Source: a virus. Taken from it: a stretch of DNA of 64,000 nt. Below, in pieces: positions 10,617 through 21,872 of the stretch (within the stretch, counting starts at the first letter, position 1; every line of letters begins with the position of its first letter). The notes beneath the pieces are model-generated. The model was given only the letters and a program-made list of their open reading frames with translations. It was not told the DNA's origin and did not search any database. The translations under genes were made by a program, and so were the position numbers. The DNA lies in the UHGV virus genome UHGV-0010228; one strand, given 5' to 3'.

Positions 10617-11423
10617 ATGAGATTAAACGGTCAATTAGTTCCGGATCTATTATTTCCAAAAGATGAATATGGAAATCGGGATGAGATTCTGATCGTTGAT
10701 TTTGATACAGTGTGCCAATCCGAGTGTGAAAATATTGCACTCGGATTGTATCAAAATGATGAATATAAGAAACGATTTCCAAAATTAACTGAAATGATAA
10801 ATATTAGAGATCATTTCGACGTATTTTATAATACGGCACCATTTAATCAGTCTTCTTTTTTTGATTATATTTCTGATAATACATTATCAGATGAAGAAAA
10901 GAAAGCACTTGCTATTGAAGGATTTTCTACTGATACTTATACTATACAAAATAGTACAATGATGATGTTTGCATTAACAGAATTAGTAGATCAAAAATAT
11001 ATAAAGAAGATTATTTTTTATTTTAATAGACCAATATACGAACATGATATTGGTTATCTATTAGCAAACTTTAAAGATTATGCTGATAAAATAATTGTGA
11101 CTGATGAATCAATGCTATCTTTAGCTGAAGAAGATGTTGAAACTCAACAATATACGACATATATGACAACTAAAATTGATGATATAATAGAGATGATGCA
11201 AAATCCGGAGAAGTATAATACTGTAGGATTAGCTTTCTTTATACCTAAGACTTTAGATAATATGACTATTAAAATTGATGATGGTCACAAATATTATATC
11301 AATAGAGGAGCTGAAGAATTACGCGGATATGAAATGATAGGCCAGATTAGAGTTATACGCTATATATCTGAACCATGGGTGAAATATCCAGATATTTCTT
11401 TAGACGTTAATTTACCAATATAA
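10617..11423 (+). CDS. hypothetical protein
   Basis: 268 aa, AGGAG RBS; 9-nt spacer from upstream stop. Confidence 0.55.
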   Translation: MRLNGQLVPDLLFPKDEYGNRDEILIVDFDTVCQSECENIALGLYQNDEYKKRFPKLTEMINIRDHFDVFYNTAPFNQSSFFDYISDNTLSDEEKKALAIEGFSTDTYTIQNSTMMMFALTELVDQKYIKKIIFYFNRPIYEHDIGYLLANFKDYADKIIVTDESMLSLAEEDVETQQYTTYMTTKIDDIIEMMQNPEKYNTVGLAFFIPKTLDNMTIKIDDGHKYYINRGAEELRGYEMIGQIRVIRYISEPWVKYPDISLDVNLPI

Positions 11424-11437
11424 GAAAAGGAGATATT

Positions 11438-13474
11438 ATGAACAAATCAAGTTTATATGAAGACATTTATTCATCTACTAATATTATTAATGGTGATGAG
11501 TATCGTGAAATGATAACTACTATAGCAAATTTGGCTTCAGATATGGTAGTTAAGACATTAGGACCATATGGTGCTACAACAATCATTGATGATGGTAGTG
11601 GATATACATATCCTACTAAGGATGGTTGGTCAACATTAAATAGACTTAGATTTAATGATCCTATATATAATACATTATTTAATGTATTAAAACAGATTAG
11701 TTTTAATTCTGTAAGTACAGTTGGTGATGGTACAACAACTGCAATGGTTGGGGCTAGTCACTTCTTAAAGAATTTTGATGAGTATGAAAAACCAACTAAT
11801 TTTAGACAGGCAGACTTTATAGCAGCTATGAATAAAGTATCTGATGATATTGAGCATAGAATGCTCAATAGTTCTAGAGTTAAAGTTATTAACTCTGATA
11901 ATATTTCAGATGCTATATTCCCTATAGCATATACGGCAACTAACGGTAATGCCGAATTTGCAAATATTATTCAGGATATATATACACAGACTGAAAATCC
12001 TAATATTCATGTAGAAATGTCTAAAGGAGATAAGATATCGTATGTGATACAAGATGGATATAAATTTGATTCATCTGTATTAGATTTCAATGTATATATA
12101 AATGAAGACAATGGTACATACAAAAAAGACACTGTTACTAAGTGCGTGATATTTGATCATAACATCACATATCAGCAGCATAAGAATATTGTATTAGAAT
12201 TAACGAGATATGCTCAGACACATTCAACTGAAATAATAATAATGGCGCCATACTTTGATGATATTATTACAACTATGATATCTAATCAGATACAGCAGTT
12301 ATCTATGAAAGGTATGATTCCTAATATTATACTCATGCAGGTTCCTATTACAATGGATATCCATAAGCAAATACTTTCAGATATTTCTGTACTTATTAAT
12401 GCACCAATATTTGATACTGCAAGATTAAAGTTATTTAATATTCTTTATCACAATCAGACACATGATAAGGAAGAACAGATTGAAGATGATATTCTAGAAA
12501 TGGATCTTTTCAAAGAAAATAATCCTTCAGAATTATTATTTGCTTGCTTAGGTACTATAAGATCTATAGTAATTGATAAGAAGAATTCATATATTAAGAA
12601 TTATGATTCGATTATTGACCCTGTAAAGTATAATGCATTAATTAAGGATGCTACCGATAGATATCTTAAACTCAAAGAAGACGCCGATAAGACATTTAAT
12701 GGTCATCTTGATAAAGATTATATGTTTGCTAGAATGAGATATATAAAGCTTACTGGTAAGATGGGTACAATATATGTAGGTGGATTATCTGAATTACAGA
12801 AGAGATGTGATAAAGATGCTATTGACGATGCAGTTATGGTTTGTAAGTCAGCATATGAGCATGGTTATGTTAGAGGATTAACTCTCGAACTTATAACTTG
12901 CATTGCTGAAGCAATGACTGATATTAATGAAAATAATATAGAGATATCTGATTATGAAGCAATGGCATATAATTTATTATATAGAACTTTCTTAGATGTA
13001 TCACTTGATTGCCTTAAGAATAAATATGGTGATAGTGAAGTTGTATATGTTAAGGACTTACATGAGGATCCATCTAATGATGAATATCAGACAATAAGAA
13101 TTCAGGATATTGTACCATATTGTGCAGAGCATGATGCTGGATTTAATCTAGTTACCGATACAATTACAGATATTGAAACTACATCAGTTGTATCTTCGGT
13201 TGCCACTGATTTAGAGATTATGAAGGCAGTTATCAATATTCTTACAACTATTATAACATCTAACCAGTTCTTATCTATGGGTAAATCATATGATAGAAAG
13301 GTTAGTCATGATAGGGAATTAGACAGACTTGTTAGTGATAAGAGAGCAATCGCTCGTGCTCAGGCAGAAGAAGTAACCAATGTGCTTAAGACAAATGTGC
13401 TCGGTGACAAAGTTTTTTCACTTTTAAATCTTCCACAGAAAGCTGAGCAGATATCTATGAATTTAGAAGATTAA
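11438..13474 (+). CDS. phage-encoded GroEL-like chaperonin (Cpn60 family), enlarged (678 aa)
   Basis: TLGPYGATTIIDDGSGYTYPTKDGWS...VSTVGDGTTTAMVGA matches GroEL [26 protein letters not shown]...ANDAAGDGTTTATVLA including the invariant GDGTTT nucleotide-binding loop. Confidence 0.8.
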   Translation: MNKSSLYEDIYSSTNIINGDEYREMITTIANLASDMVVKTLGPYGATTIIDDGSGYTYPTKDGWSTLNRLRFNDPIYNTLFNVLKQISFNSVSTVGDGTTTAMVGASHFLKNFDEYEKPTNFRQADFIAAMNKVSDDIEHRMLNSSRVKVINSDNISDAIFPIAYTATNGNAEFANIIQDIYTQTENPNIHVEMSKGDKISYVIQDGYKFDSSVLDFNVYINEDNGTYKKDTVTKCVIFDHNITYQQHKNIVLELTRYAQTHSTEIIIMAPYFDDIITTMISNQIQQLSMKGMIPNIILMQVPITMDIHKQILSDISVLINAPIFDTARLKLFNILYHNQTHDKEEQIEDDILEMDLFKENNPSELLFACLGTIRSIVIDKKNSYIKNYDSIIDPVKYNALIKDATDRYLKLKEDADKTFNGHLDKDYMFARMRYIKLTGKMGTIYVGGLSELQKRCDKDAIDDAVMVCKSAYEHGYVRGLTLELITCIAEAMTDINENNIEISDYEAMAYNLLYRTFLDVSLDCLKNKYGDSEVVYVKDLHEDPSNDEYQTIRIQDIVPYCAEHDAGFNLVTDTITDIETTSVVSSVATDLEIMKAVINILTTIITSNQFLSMGKSYDRKVSHDRELDRLVSDKRAIARAQAEEVTNVLKTNVLGDKVFSLLNLPQKAEQISMNLED

Positions 13475-13482
13475 TTAAACAT

Positions 13483-13520
13483 AAGAAGATAAGACTAAAA
13501 AGTCTTATCTTCTTTTCATT
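13483..13520 (+). terminator. rho-independent terminator
   Basis: aagaagataagactaaaaagtcttatcttctt + T-rich. Confidence 0.7.
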
Positions 13521-13604
13521 TCTAAGCTTTAACGATCATAAAACAAGTTGTTAAATTAATAAAGATTATAAATCTCTTTAATTCTAATAAAGGAGGAAAT
13601 ATAG

Positions 13605-14966
13605 ATGTCAGATTTTTCGTTAAAAAATGTGTTTGATGGATCTAAAACTAGTCAGGGACCTAGCTTAGTTTCATATGTAATAAATGCGACGAATAATAAA
13701 ACTTTGTCTAGAATGGCAAAGGATTCTATCTTTCAGTTCTCAACTATCTGTAGTAGCTCTATAGACACTGATGAATTAGGTGTTATATGCAAATCAATAG
13801 AACAGACATATGCATCAATGCTTATGTCTGTATTATCATTAAACGCTACAGTTGATAGAAGAAAATATCCAACGCTTACTCAGTATCTTAAGTCATTTCA
13901 TAATTCGGGACTTATAGGCGGTAATGATCCGGGATCAATGTTTAGTATAGATAGTTATACTATAACATGTAATGGTCATCACGTTTCAACTCCAGTTATG
14001 GAATCATTATGGGAAACTCTTGAAGATGGGTTAGATATGTCTAGTGTAAACAATATTTACAAGCCATATACTAAGACAAAGAATATTCTCAAGAAGTCTT
14101 ACGAGTTAATCCAGGCAACTGAAGCTAATAATACTGATCCATTTAGAAATAAAGGTAAGTTAGGCAGCATATTAGACGGTAGACGCAGAAATCCTTATAC
14201 TATAGATGGTGAACATGGATTCAATGCGACATTTAGCGGCGATGCTAACAAATTAGCTAGTGATGCTGATAAAGATAACTATGGTAATGTTAAAAATAGT
14301 AGAACTAAAGTTATTAAACTTGATGGTAAGAATGAAATTACCAAGTCTGATAAATTAGCCAATATGGAACCTACTATGATTACAATTACATTCTCAAATG
14401 TAATGCCAGGTAAAGTTGCTGATGTTTGGACTCAGACAGTTACTCTTGGTGTTAAAACGATGCCTAGACTTGTAAAGACAAATCTTATGGTTCAGTCTAT
14501 AATAGATATGTGCAAGGATAGGCTTGTATTTAAGATCATAAAGTGGTCTAAGGGAGAAATTAAAGCTTCTCAGGCAATATCCGAACTTGCTCTTGGTCTT
14601 CAGAGTGCTAAAAAAGAAGCAATTGGTATGATTGACAAGAAGAAGAGTTGGGTAGCTGCACTCAAGCGTAGAAAATTTGCAGATAATATTCAGAAGCTTA
14701 TCGGCAAAAGATTGCTTCCTAATACTACAATCATAATTACTGAAGCTGAAGCTGAAATGGTTAGGTCTCAGTGCGGTATTGATATTATGGATTCTAGAGT
14801 CGTTAAGAAGGTAATGAATAAATACTTCTTATTAGGTTTTGGTGTTTATGATACTGAAGCTAAGGTATTAAATGTAATTTATGATTCAGATGAAGCATAT
14901 GCGTCATATGCTTTAAGTGGATTAATTGCACTTACTAAAAAAGAAATTAACGCATCATTAAGATAG
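13605..14966 (+). CDS. hypothetical protein
   Basis: 453 aa, AAAGGAGGAAA RBS. Confidence 0.55.
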   Translation: MSDFSLKNVFDGSKTSQGPSLVSYVINATNNKTLSRMAKDSIFQFSTICSSSIDTDELGVICKSIEQTYASMLMSVLSLNATVDRRKYPTLTQYLKSFHNSGLIGGNDPGSMFSIDSYTITCNGHHVSTPVMESLWETLEDGLDMSSVNNIYKPYTKTKNILKKSYELIQATEANNTDPFRNKGKLGSILDGRRRNPYTIDGEHGFNATFSGDANKLASDADKDNYGNVKNSRTKVIKLDGKNEITKSDKLANMEPTMITITFSNVMPGKVADVWTQTVTLGVKTMPRLVKTNLMVQSIIDMCKDRLVFKIIKWSKGEIKASQAISELALGLQSAKKEAIGMIDKKKSWVAALKRRKFADNIQKLIGKRLLPNTTIIITEAEAEMVRSQCGIDIMDSRVVKKVMNKYFLLGFGVYDTEAKVLNVIYDSDEAYASYALSGLIALTKKEINASLR

Positions 14967-14979
14967 GAGGTGTATTCTA

Positions 14980-16047
14980 ATGAGTGAAAGAGTTAAAGAT
15001 GAATCAGTATTTAGATCCAATTCATTTATTATGGAATCTTTACGTAAAATGGCATTAGATCAGCCTGTATCTGATAGAATGCATTATGTTGATAGTGCAA
15101 TAGAAGCTATGATAGATCAACCTACAAGCGGTAGACTTATTCAGTCTATGTATAAAGAAATAATGTCAATGGCTGATATTGATTTTGGCAAAGTTCCGGA
15201 TAGTAAGGGCGATCTTACTAAGTATGCTTATTATTCTCAGCTTGTAAAGTGTATTGAAATTTTAAATAATTTGGCAAAGAATGCTCCTAATAGTGACACT
15301 TCAACAATAACAACAATGAATAATTTCCATAACGTATTACTCGATGCTAGAGATGATTTTGTTTTTGGATATAGATTTGGAGTTGATTTATTAAAGCATA
15401 TATATCAGATAAACGTGTTAGTATTACACGAACTAGTAAATGCATGTATTATAGAAGTTACTGACGCATTAAAGACTGCTGCTAGTGGAACTAATACTCC
15501 AATAATGGGTAATGCAAGATCTAGATCTAATTTATTTGTAGATATTGCTAATAATTTTATTAATATCTACAATAAAGGTGATTGGGCAACATTTATGAAA
15601 GCTTATAGAAAAAATAGCTCTAATCTTTTTGGTACTAGAGGTGAGGTATTTATTGCTGAAGTTATTGGTAACTCTACACTTATTGCTGGCTCATTAGCAA
15701 TACCGGGATTAAGATGGGTTGCTATAGTTGTTGGTGTATTTATTGTGGCTAGAATTGCAACTAGAGCATTCTATGCTGCTAAGTATAAGATGGGAGATTA
15801 TGCTAAGTATCAGGCAGAGTTAATAAAGGCTAATATGGCTGCAGAATATGCATCTGGAGATGACACTACTAAACAGACAGAATTAGTCGAAAGACTTGAA
15901 GATCTCTCAGCTAAATTACTTGGTAAATATAATAAGACTGAAAGAAAAGCAACTGCAGATATTAAAGTATCTAATGCTCAGAATTATAATAAGACTGAAC
16001 TTAATAACGCGGAAACTTTCTCAGGTTTGGATTTTGAATTAGTATAG
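14980..16047 (+). CDS. hypothetical protein with internal hydrophobic segment
   Basis: 355 aa, TAGGAGG RBS; LIAGSLAIPGLRWVAIVVGVFIVARIA hydrophobic stretch. Confidence 0.55.
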   Translation: MSERVKDESVFRSNSFIMESLRKMALDQPVSDRMHYVDSAIEAMIDQPTSGRLIQSMYKEIMSMADIDFGKVPDSKGDLTKYAYYSQLVKCIEILNNLAKNAPNSDTSTITTMNNFHNVLLDARDDFVFGYRFGVDLLKHIYQINVLVLHELVNACIIEVTDALKTAASGTNTPIMGNARSRSNLFVDIANNFINIYNKGDWATFMKAYRKNSSNLFGTRGEVFIAEVIGNSTLIAGSLAIPGLRWVAIVVGVFIVARIATRAFYAAKYKMGDYAKYQAELIKANMAAEYASGDDTTKQTELVERLEDLSAKLLGKYNKTERKATADIKVSNAQNYNKTELNNAETFSGLDFELV

Positions 16048-16054
16048 ATTTAAT

Positions 16055-16095
16055 ATAAATATGGTATAGACTTTAAAGTCTATACCATATTTATT
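16055..16095. terminator. bidirectional terminator between convergent genes
   Basis: aatatggtatagactttaaagtctataccatatt perfect 14-bp stem. Confidence 0.7.
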
Positions 16096-19000
16096 ATTTA
16101 CAAAATTCGTCTAGTAAGTCATTTTCTAATGCACCTATTTTAGTATCATATATATCAAAATCTCTAATAGGAGATTTGATAATAACTCTTTTAGGTGTAT
16201 ATAAGCCATCAAATCTTTTTAGTATTGTAGTCTGAACTGTTTCTTTTATATAATGAAGAATATTGGATGTTTTATGAATGTATGGTTGTTCCACAGGGAC
16301 TCTATATCCATCTACAAATATTCTAGCAAACTTAAAGTTTATATTATCAGTATATTTTACAAATGTTGTATATGATGTATTATCTCCCCAAGTTAAGTTT
16401 TTATTATAAGAATCGGTCAAGAAGTTACTGTTATATTTATTATCGCTATACCAATCAAATTCTATAGTATCATAATCAATTGGTGTATGAACTAATACTA
16501 TACTATCAAGAGGATTTATCTTTGATGATATATTAGGGTCATTAGATCCTGCTCCTAAATTGGTTATTTTAAGAGTTACATTATCATTTGCATTTGTTGG
16601 CATTACTAATGTATATTCATCATTAGATAATAATCTTCCATTAATATACAATTCATATTTATTAGAATTAATTGATGCTCCATTTAATGGAATTAATATA
16701 CTATTAGTCTTTGATAATTTTTCGGCATTTATTATTGTTGTATTAGTTAAACTACCACCATTTGTTACTGTAATTCTACGATTCAATAAAGCATCATTCT
16801 TTAATTTAATTGAGAGATCTTTTAGACTTATATCTTTATGGGAAAGATCACCATCTGCGTAAGTTGGTATATCTGAAATATCATCAGATGATATTTCTAC
16901 ACCAGATTCTTTAAGAATGATTGGGATTGTATCTTTAGTTGCATACATTTCTTGTAACGATGTAAGTAAATATATAATATCTCGTTGGGTAGCAATAACT
17001 TCACGATATTCGCTAGTTGCAGGATCTTTATATTTATATTTATTAGCAGTTATTATGAATTCAAAATTACTCTTATCATAGATTTCGCCAGTAATTGAAT
17101 CGATAAACATAAGATCTTCTATTTTTATCTCATCAAGTTCACTATCTGAGAATATAAATTGATAGTCATTTTTCATTGTAAATTTAATATCGTCACTAAG
17201 CATATATTCTGATGATGATGTGCTTTTATTATAAATATCCGCAGTGATATCATCACCATTATGAACGTTTTCATATTCGCTAATTACTGTATTAGGATGA
17301 TATATTTTATCATATATGATTTTTTCTTTTATTTTCTTTACAGTATTATCACTAGATGCTGTATAAATATACTGGTTATATTGATCTGGTACTACTTCAT
17401 TTATTTCATCACTATGAGCTTCGAAACTCCAAAGCACTTTACCATTAGATGCTTTTAATTTATATAGTTTATGATCTGTAGATGCTACAAATACATATTT
17501 TTCATTTGCTGATAATGCAACTTTCCATATATTCTGTCCAATAGGAGATTCCCATATTAATGAACCATCACCAGAATTAAGCTTACGAACTATTCCATCT
17601 TCGCCACCACTATATAGTATAGTATTAGAAGAATCTATTATAAGTGAATATGTTGGTTTGGATGAATACGTTTTTTGCCATAATCTCCTAGAATCTTTAA
17701 CTCTAATTTTTGATATTGAATAATCATCGTCCGTTTCACCACTCACATATTTATATGTATAATAATCATCAATGCACAATGCATAAGTTCTATTTACTGC
17801 GGTTTTATAAACTGATTCATCTTTTCTAGTTTCAACGTCTATTATATAAACATTATTATCACTAGATGCAATATACAGATTATCACCATATATATCAGTT
17901 GCAACTGAATAAGGATATCCTACCGGTACTTTATATGTCCATTCAAGTTTACCTGTTTCACTCGATAATTTTCTTACAGTACCAATTTTATCTGCAGTAT
18001 ATATATCATCATCAATAAGTAATAAATCCAATACATCATCACTATTAGTATTTGTCCACACAACTTCCTGAGTATATATTTTACCAGAAGAACTATCAAT
18101 AGATTCTGATGCTAACATACGTTTTACTGGTAATTGATATCTACCATTTATATACGTTAAATTACCACCCATCTTAGTTTCTGTAAGGTATCTCAAAATA
18201 TAGTTAGTATTTTCTTTAATATTCTTTGCCTTAAATGATTTATTTATTGTATGAATTTCAAGATTATCAATAAAATTATACAATTTTACATATATATATG
18301 GATCACTATTTGCTAATATTAGTAATTTATCAAGCATATACCCTCGAATATCGCCTTTATAATCACTATCGATAAAATCATAATGGCCATAATCTGGAAT
18401 TATAGGATTATAATTCTTGATAGATAATATTTTATTATTACCAACCAATGTATTATATTCTGTACGGCCTGTTAAGTTATTCATAAATTCAATAGCATGA
18501 TTATCATATACATAATTAATATGTGACTGATTATATTCGTATAATTCAATATATATCGAATTATGATTTCCTTCATGTACAACTATACGTTTTATATCTC
18601 CTTGAGAATCTATAATGTAATTATACTTACCATTACTATCCATCATAGATTTTATAACTGGATATTGTGGATCATTAACCAATTCACTTATTATGGCTCC
18701 AGTTTCAGCATCATATTTGTCTAAATGACCATTCTGTTTACCAACTAATATAAACTTCTTATCTAATGACATATCAATACTATTGATCATTGATAAACAA
18801 CTACTATTTCTCCATGTGATAGTAAAAGTACTTGTATTATAACACAATAACTCACCAAGATAATTTCCAGTATATAATCTAGTATTATCAGAAGATAATA
18901 CAAAGTTATATAATCCACCAGAACCAGTTACAAATACCGTTGATAATATCGGATCACCTGTGCTTGCTAAATGCGAGCTAAAATATGTTTGAGTTATAGG

Positions 19001-20503
19001 ATCTGGCCCTACTCTACCACAGAATAAAGTTATATCATCATTAGAAATTTCTAATTTATATGCATCATTAGTTACTGAATTGATTGTGTTAGTCCATTCC
19101 ATTGCACCTTTATCAGTTGTATATGAATTAATTTCACCTGTAGATCTAGCAGTAAATACAGAGAAATTAGTTTTATTAACACAGACATCATTTATGCAAT
19201 GTTTATTATATGATATCGTCCATAATACTAATCCTAAAGAAGCCTCAATCTTAAGTAATGCACCATCACTACAACCTACATATAGGTATTTTTCATCGTA
19301 TGTAAGGGTATTACATGTGAATTCGCAATCATAATCATTTGTCCATAGAGTAATATTGTTATCAATACTGAAATATGATAATTTACTCTTTCCGTCTTTT
19401 GTAGATGATATATATACAAATTTATTATCTTTAGTAACTATAAAATTAGCATCACTTCCGAATTCAATATTTGCTAATGTTGTTACAATAACTTCGCTAT
19501 ATGATAATGAATTTGAGAAGTTATATAAATCAGGAAAAGCAAATTCTGAATATATATCACTAGGAACTCTACCTGCATGAACTTCCATATCTCTATTATA
19601 GTCATATACTCGAATATTCTTAATACTAGTAGTATACTCAGAATAGTTAGTTGATATAATAGGTAACGTTTCATCAGATGCCTGATGAGTGATGATATTA
19701 GTTCTATGAGGTCTATTTATTATGTAAATATCCGATACTGATGATATAACACTCTTATCATTAAATATTTTTGAATATGTAAAACTTATATTTGATTGAG
19801 AAATACCATTACATACAGCTGGAGTTACATAATATAATTTAGAAGTTCTCCCCATGGGCACATACAAATCCCAACTATTTGACTCAATTATTCCTGATCT
19901 CATTAATGATGATCTAGGTATTGTTATCTGTGATTTATCACCCGAAGATCCAATAGTCTTAGTAGTAACTTTATATACAGATGCGTATTCTTCATACCAT
20001 AAATTAATAAATACATTATCAATTATGTAATCGGATATAGTTTCATCAGACAATATGTCTTTAGATATAAACATTATAGTCTTATTATATTTAGTAATTA
20101 CAAATGATATATCTAATATAGAATATTTTCCGAATTCACACATTATTTTATAACTAAATATATGATTAGTATCTTTAAATATGTCCATTAATGATATTGA
20201 CATATCATATAATTTATTATATGCTCTAATAAATTTATACCTATCTCTGATAGGTATAATATTATCATCAAATATATAAGAATAAGTACCAACTGCATAT
20301 CCATATTTAGCATTAATATCTTTTCTGATTTTAAAATCATCTATAGATATAGTGCATTCGAAATTTGGAATTAATGAAGCTTCCATTATTCTTGATCTAG
20401 AATAATTCTCATGCATGGCCTGATGCCAAAAATATGCAATCAATTTATCATCATATCTACTATTGAAATAATATGATGCATTACAAAAATAAGGGTTTTT
20501 CAT
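16094..20503 (-). CDS. large (1469 aa) protein with two PQQ-type beta-propeller repeat regions; candidate virion/tail-fibre or adhesin protein
   Basis: repeated ~40-aa units of the PQQ/BamB beta-propeller type (KLYKLKASNGKVLWSF, VRKLNSGDGSLIWESPIG, LDKYDAETGAIISEL, LLKIEASLGLVLWTISY, VYIIDVETRKDESVYK); AGGAGG RBS. Confidence 0.75.
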   Translation of the reverse strand: MKNPYFCNASYYFNSRYDDKLIAYFWHQAMHENYSRSRIMEASLIPNFECTISIDDFKIRKDINAKYGYAVGTYSYIFDDNIIPIRDRYKFIRAYNKLYDMSISLMDIFKDTNHIFSYKIMCEFGKYSILDISFVITKYNKTIMFISKDILSDETISDYIIDNVFINLWYEEYASVYKVTTKTIGSSGDKSQITIPRSSLMRSGIIESNSWDLYVPMGRTSKLYYVTPAVCNGISQSNISFTYSKIFNDKSVISSVSDIYIINRPHRTNIITHQASDETLPIISTNYSEYTTSIKNIRVYDYNRDMEVHAGRVPSDIYSEFAFPDLYNFSNSLSYSEVIVTTLANIEFGSDANFIVTKDNKFVYISSTKDGKSKLSYFSIDNNITLWTNDYDCEFTCNTLTYDEKYLYVGCSDGALLKIEASLGLVLWTISYNKHCINDVCVNKTNFSVFTARSTGEINSYTTDKGAMEWTNTINSVTNDAYKLEISNDDITLFCGRVGPDPITQTYFSSHLASTGDPILSTVFVTGSGGLYNFVLSSDNTRLYTGNYLGELLCYNTSTFTITWRNSSCLSMINSIDMSLDKKFILVGKQNGHLDKYDAETGAIISELVNDPQYPVIKSMMDSNGKYNYIIDSQGDIKRIVVHEGNHNSIYIELYEYNQSHINYVYDNHAIEFMNNLTGRTEYNTLVGNNKILSIKNYNPIIPDYGHYDFIDSDYKGDIRGYMLDKLLILANSDPYIYVKLYNFIDNLEIHTINKSFKAKNIKENTNYILRYLTETKMGGNLTYINGRYQLPVKRMLASESIDSSSGKIYTQEVVWTNTNSDDVLDLLLIDDDIYTADKIGTVRKLSSETGKLEWTYKVPVGYPYSVATDIYGDNLYIASSDNNVYIIDVETRKDESVYKTAVNRTYALCIDDYYTYKYVSGETDDDYSISKIRVKDSRRLWQKTYSSKPTYSLIIDSSNTILYSGGEDGIVRKLNSGDGSLIWESPIGQNIWKVALSANEKYVFVASTDHKLYKLKASNGKVLWSFEAHSDEINEVVPDQYNQYIYTASSDNTVKKIKEKIIYDKIYHPNTVISEYENVHNGDDITADIYNKSTSSSEYMLSDDIKFTMKNDYQFIFSDSELDEIKIEDLMFIDSITGEIYDKSNFEFIITANKYKYKDPATSEYREVIATQRDIIYLLTSLQEMYATKDTIPIILKESGVEISSDDISDIPTYADGDLSHKDISLKDLSIKLKNDALLNRRITVTNGGSLTNTTIINAEKLSKTNSILIPLNGASINSNKYELYINGRLLSNDEYTLVMPTNANDNVTLKITNLGAGSNDPNISSKINPLDSIVLVHTPIDYDTIEFDWYSDNKYNSNFLTDSYNKNLTWGDNTSYTTFVKYTDNINFKFARIFVDGYRVPVEQPYIHKTSNILHYIKETVQTTILKRFDGLYTPKRVIIKSPIRDFDIYDTKIGALENDLLDEFCK

Positions 20504-20512
20504 AAAAACCTC

Positions 20513-21784
20513 CTATCTATTAGAAGCTATACAATATACAAAATATTCATATATTGCCCTTCTAAATCTATTTAAGGTATCTGCTCTATTAGTAGTTCTA
20601 TAGGTTTTACTACCGGCAAGTAACCATTTATCTATATATTTTTTAACGATAGCAATATTTGGGTCATTAGAATTACCTTTTTTATAAACTTCATTCATAG
20701 ATACTATAAATCTTTTAGATTTAATTTCTCTAACAGTTCTTTTTTCCGTGATTAAGAATAAATAGAACATTGCTTGAAAGAATTCATTTAATTCATCATG
20801 ACTTTGCCCATTGTCATCATTTAGTACGATTTCAATAGAATTACGCATATCATCAGCAGATACTCCACGGTTTTGAGCCACAAACTTTATCCATCGTTCA
20901 TCGGGTCTATTTGATAAGAATTTTGTCGTATACTTATCAGCTAATCTACTAACATCACCAAGATTTGATTCATCTTCATATGATTCGCCTTCTTCGTTTA
21001 TAGAGTTAGCAGTAAATATCGCATTCTTATTCTCATTATTCTTATATGCAACTTCTGCATATCCTGTCATATAACCTTTAAATTTTGTAGTTATTCTATC
21101 CGCAACCCATAAGAGGGATTTGTAATCAGAATACTCTTTAATATCATCCTCATATGTTGCTATGGCGTTGAATATTCCATATTCGATCCATTTCTGAACT
21201 GAACCTAATGTTTTTAATCTAAATCTATTAGACAGATTATTTACAGTATATTCATGAATAACCTTAGGAAGATTATATCTAGGAAATGATATCTTATATG
21301 CCTGCCAATAATAATTGTATCCCATATAATAAATGAATCCATTTATAAATTTAGGATCTGCTTTTATTTTCCATAAGGCATTAAGAATCATCAATTCAAT
21401 TACATGGTCAAATTTACCTACAACAAATGCCTTCTTCATCGTATATGAAGAAGGCACTTCTATTTTACTGATAGATTCTTTTATGTCTTCTTCACTAACA
21501 TTAGCACAGTCAAAATATATTCCTCTATCCTTATTATTAAATCTATTATAATCATATGGATATGGAGTTTCAAATATTTTAATATACCGCTGACGGTAAA
21601 GCGCAATATATTTATAAAGCTTTTTTACATTGACAAAATTATCCTTCTTAAGGCTTTCCTCAATAGTTTTAGCATACGTATCTCTCATCGTATATTTCTT
21701 TTCAAAAGTATCTGCAAGACGACGCTGCTCATCTGTTGTTACCTTATCAGAAGTATCAATTTCAACTTTTGGAAGCTTTTGCAT
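20513..21784 (-). CDS. hypothetical protein
   Basis: 423 aa, AAGGAGG RBS on minus strand. Confidence 0.6.
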   Translation of the reverse strand: MQKLPKVEIDTSDKVTTDEQRRLADTFEKKYTMRDTYAKTIEESLKKDNFVNVKKLYKYIALYRQRYIKIFETPYPYDYNRFNNKDRGIYFDCANVSEEDIKESISKIEVPSSYTMKKAFVVGKFDHVIELMILNALWKIKADPKFINGFIYYMGYNYYWQAYKISFPRYNLPKVIHEYTVNNLSNRFRLKTLGSVQKWIEYGIFNAIATYEDDIKEYSDYKSLLWVADRITTKFKGYMTGYAEVAYKNNENKNAIFTANSINEEGESYEDESNLGDVSRLADKYTTKFLSNRPDERWIKFVAQNRGVSADDMRNSIEIVLNDDNGQSHDELNEFFQAMFYLFLITEKRTVREIKSKRFIVSMNEVYKKGNSNDPNIAIVKKYIDKWLLAGSKTYRTTNRADTLNRFRRAIYEYFVYCIASNR

Positions 21785-21838
21785 TATAATTAACCTCCTT
21801 CTAGATTTTATTAAGGTGGTGTTTTGGAAAATGGATTA

Positions 21839-21872
21839 TAAAAAAAGGAAGCTTAGAGCTTCCTTTTTTTTA
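21839..21872. terminator. stem-loop flanked by A-run and T-run (bidirectional)
   Basis: aaaaaaaaggaagcttagagcttccttttttttt. Confidence 0.65.
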
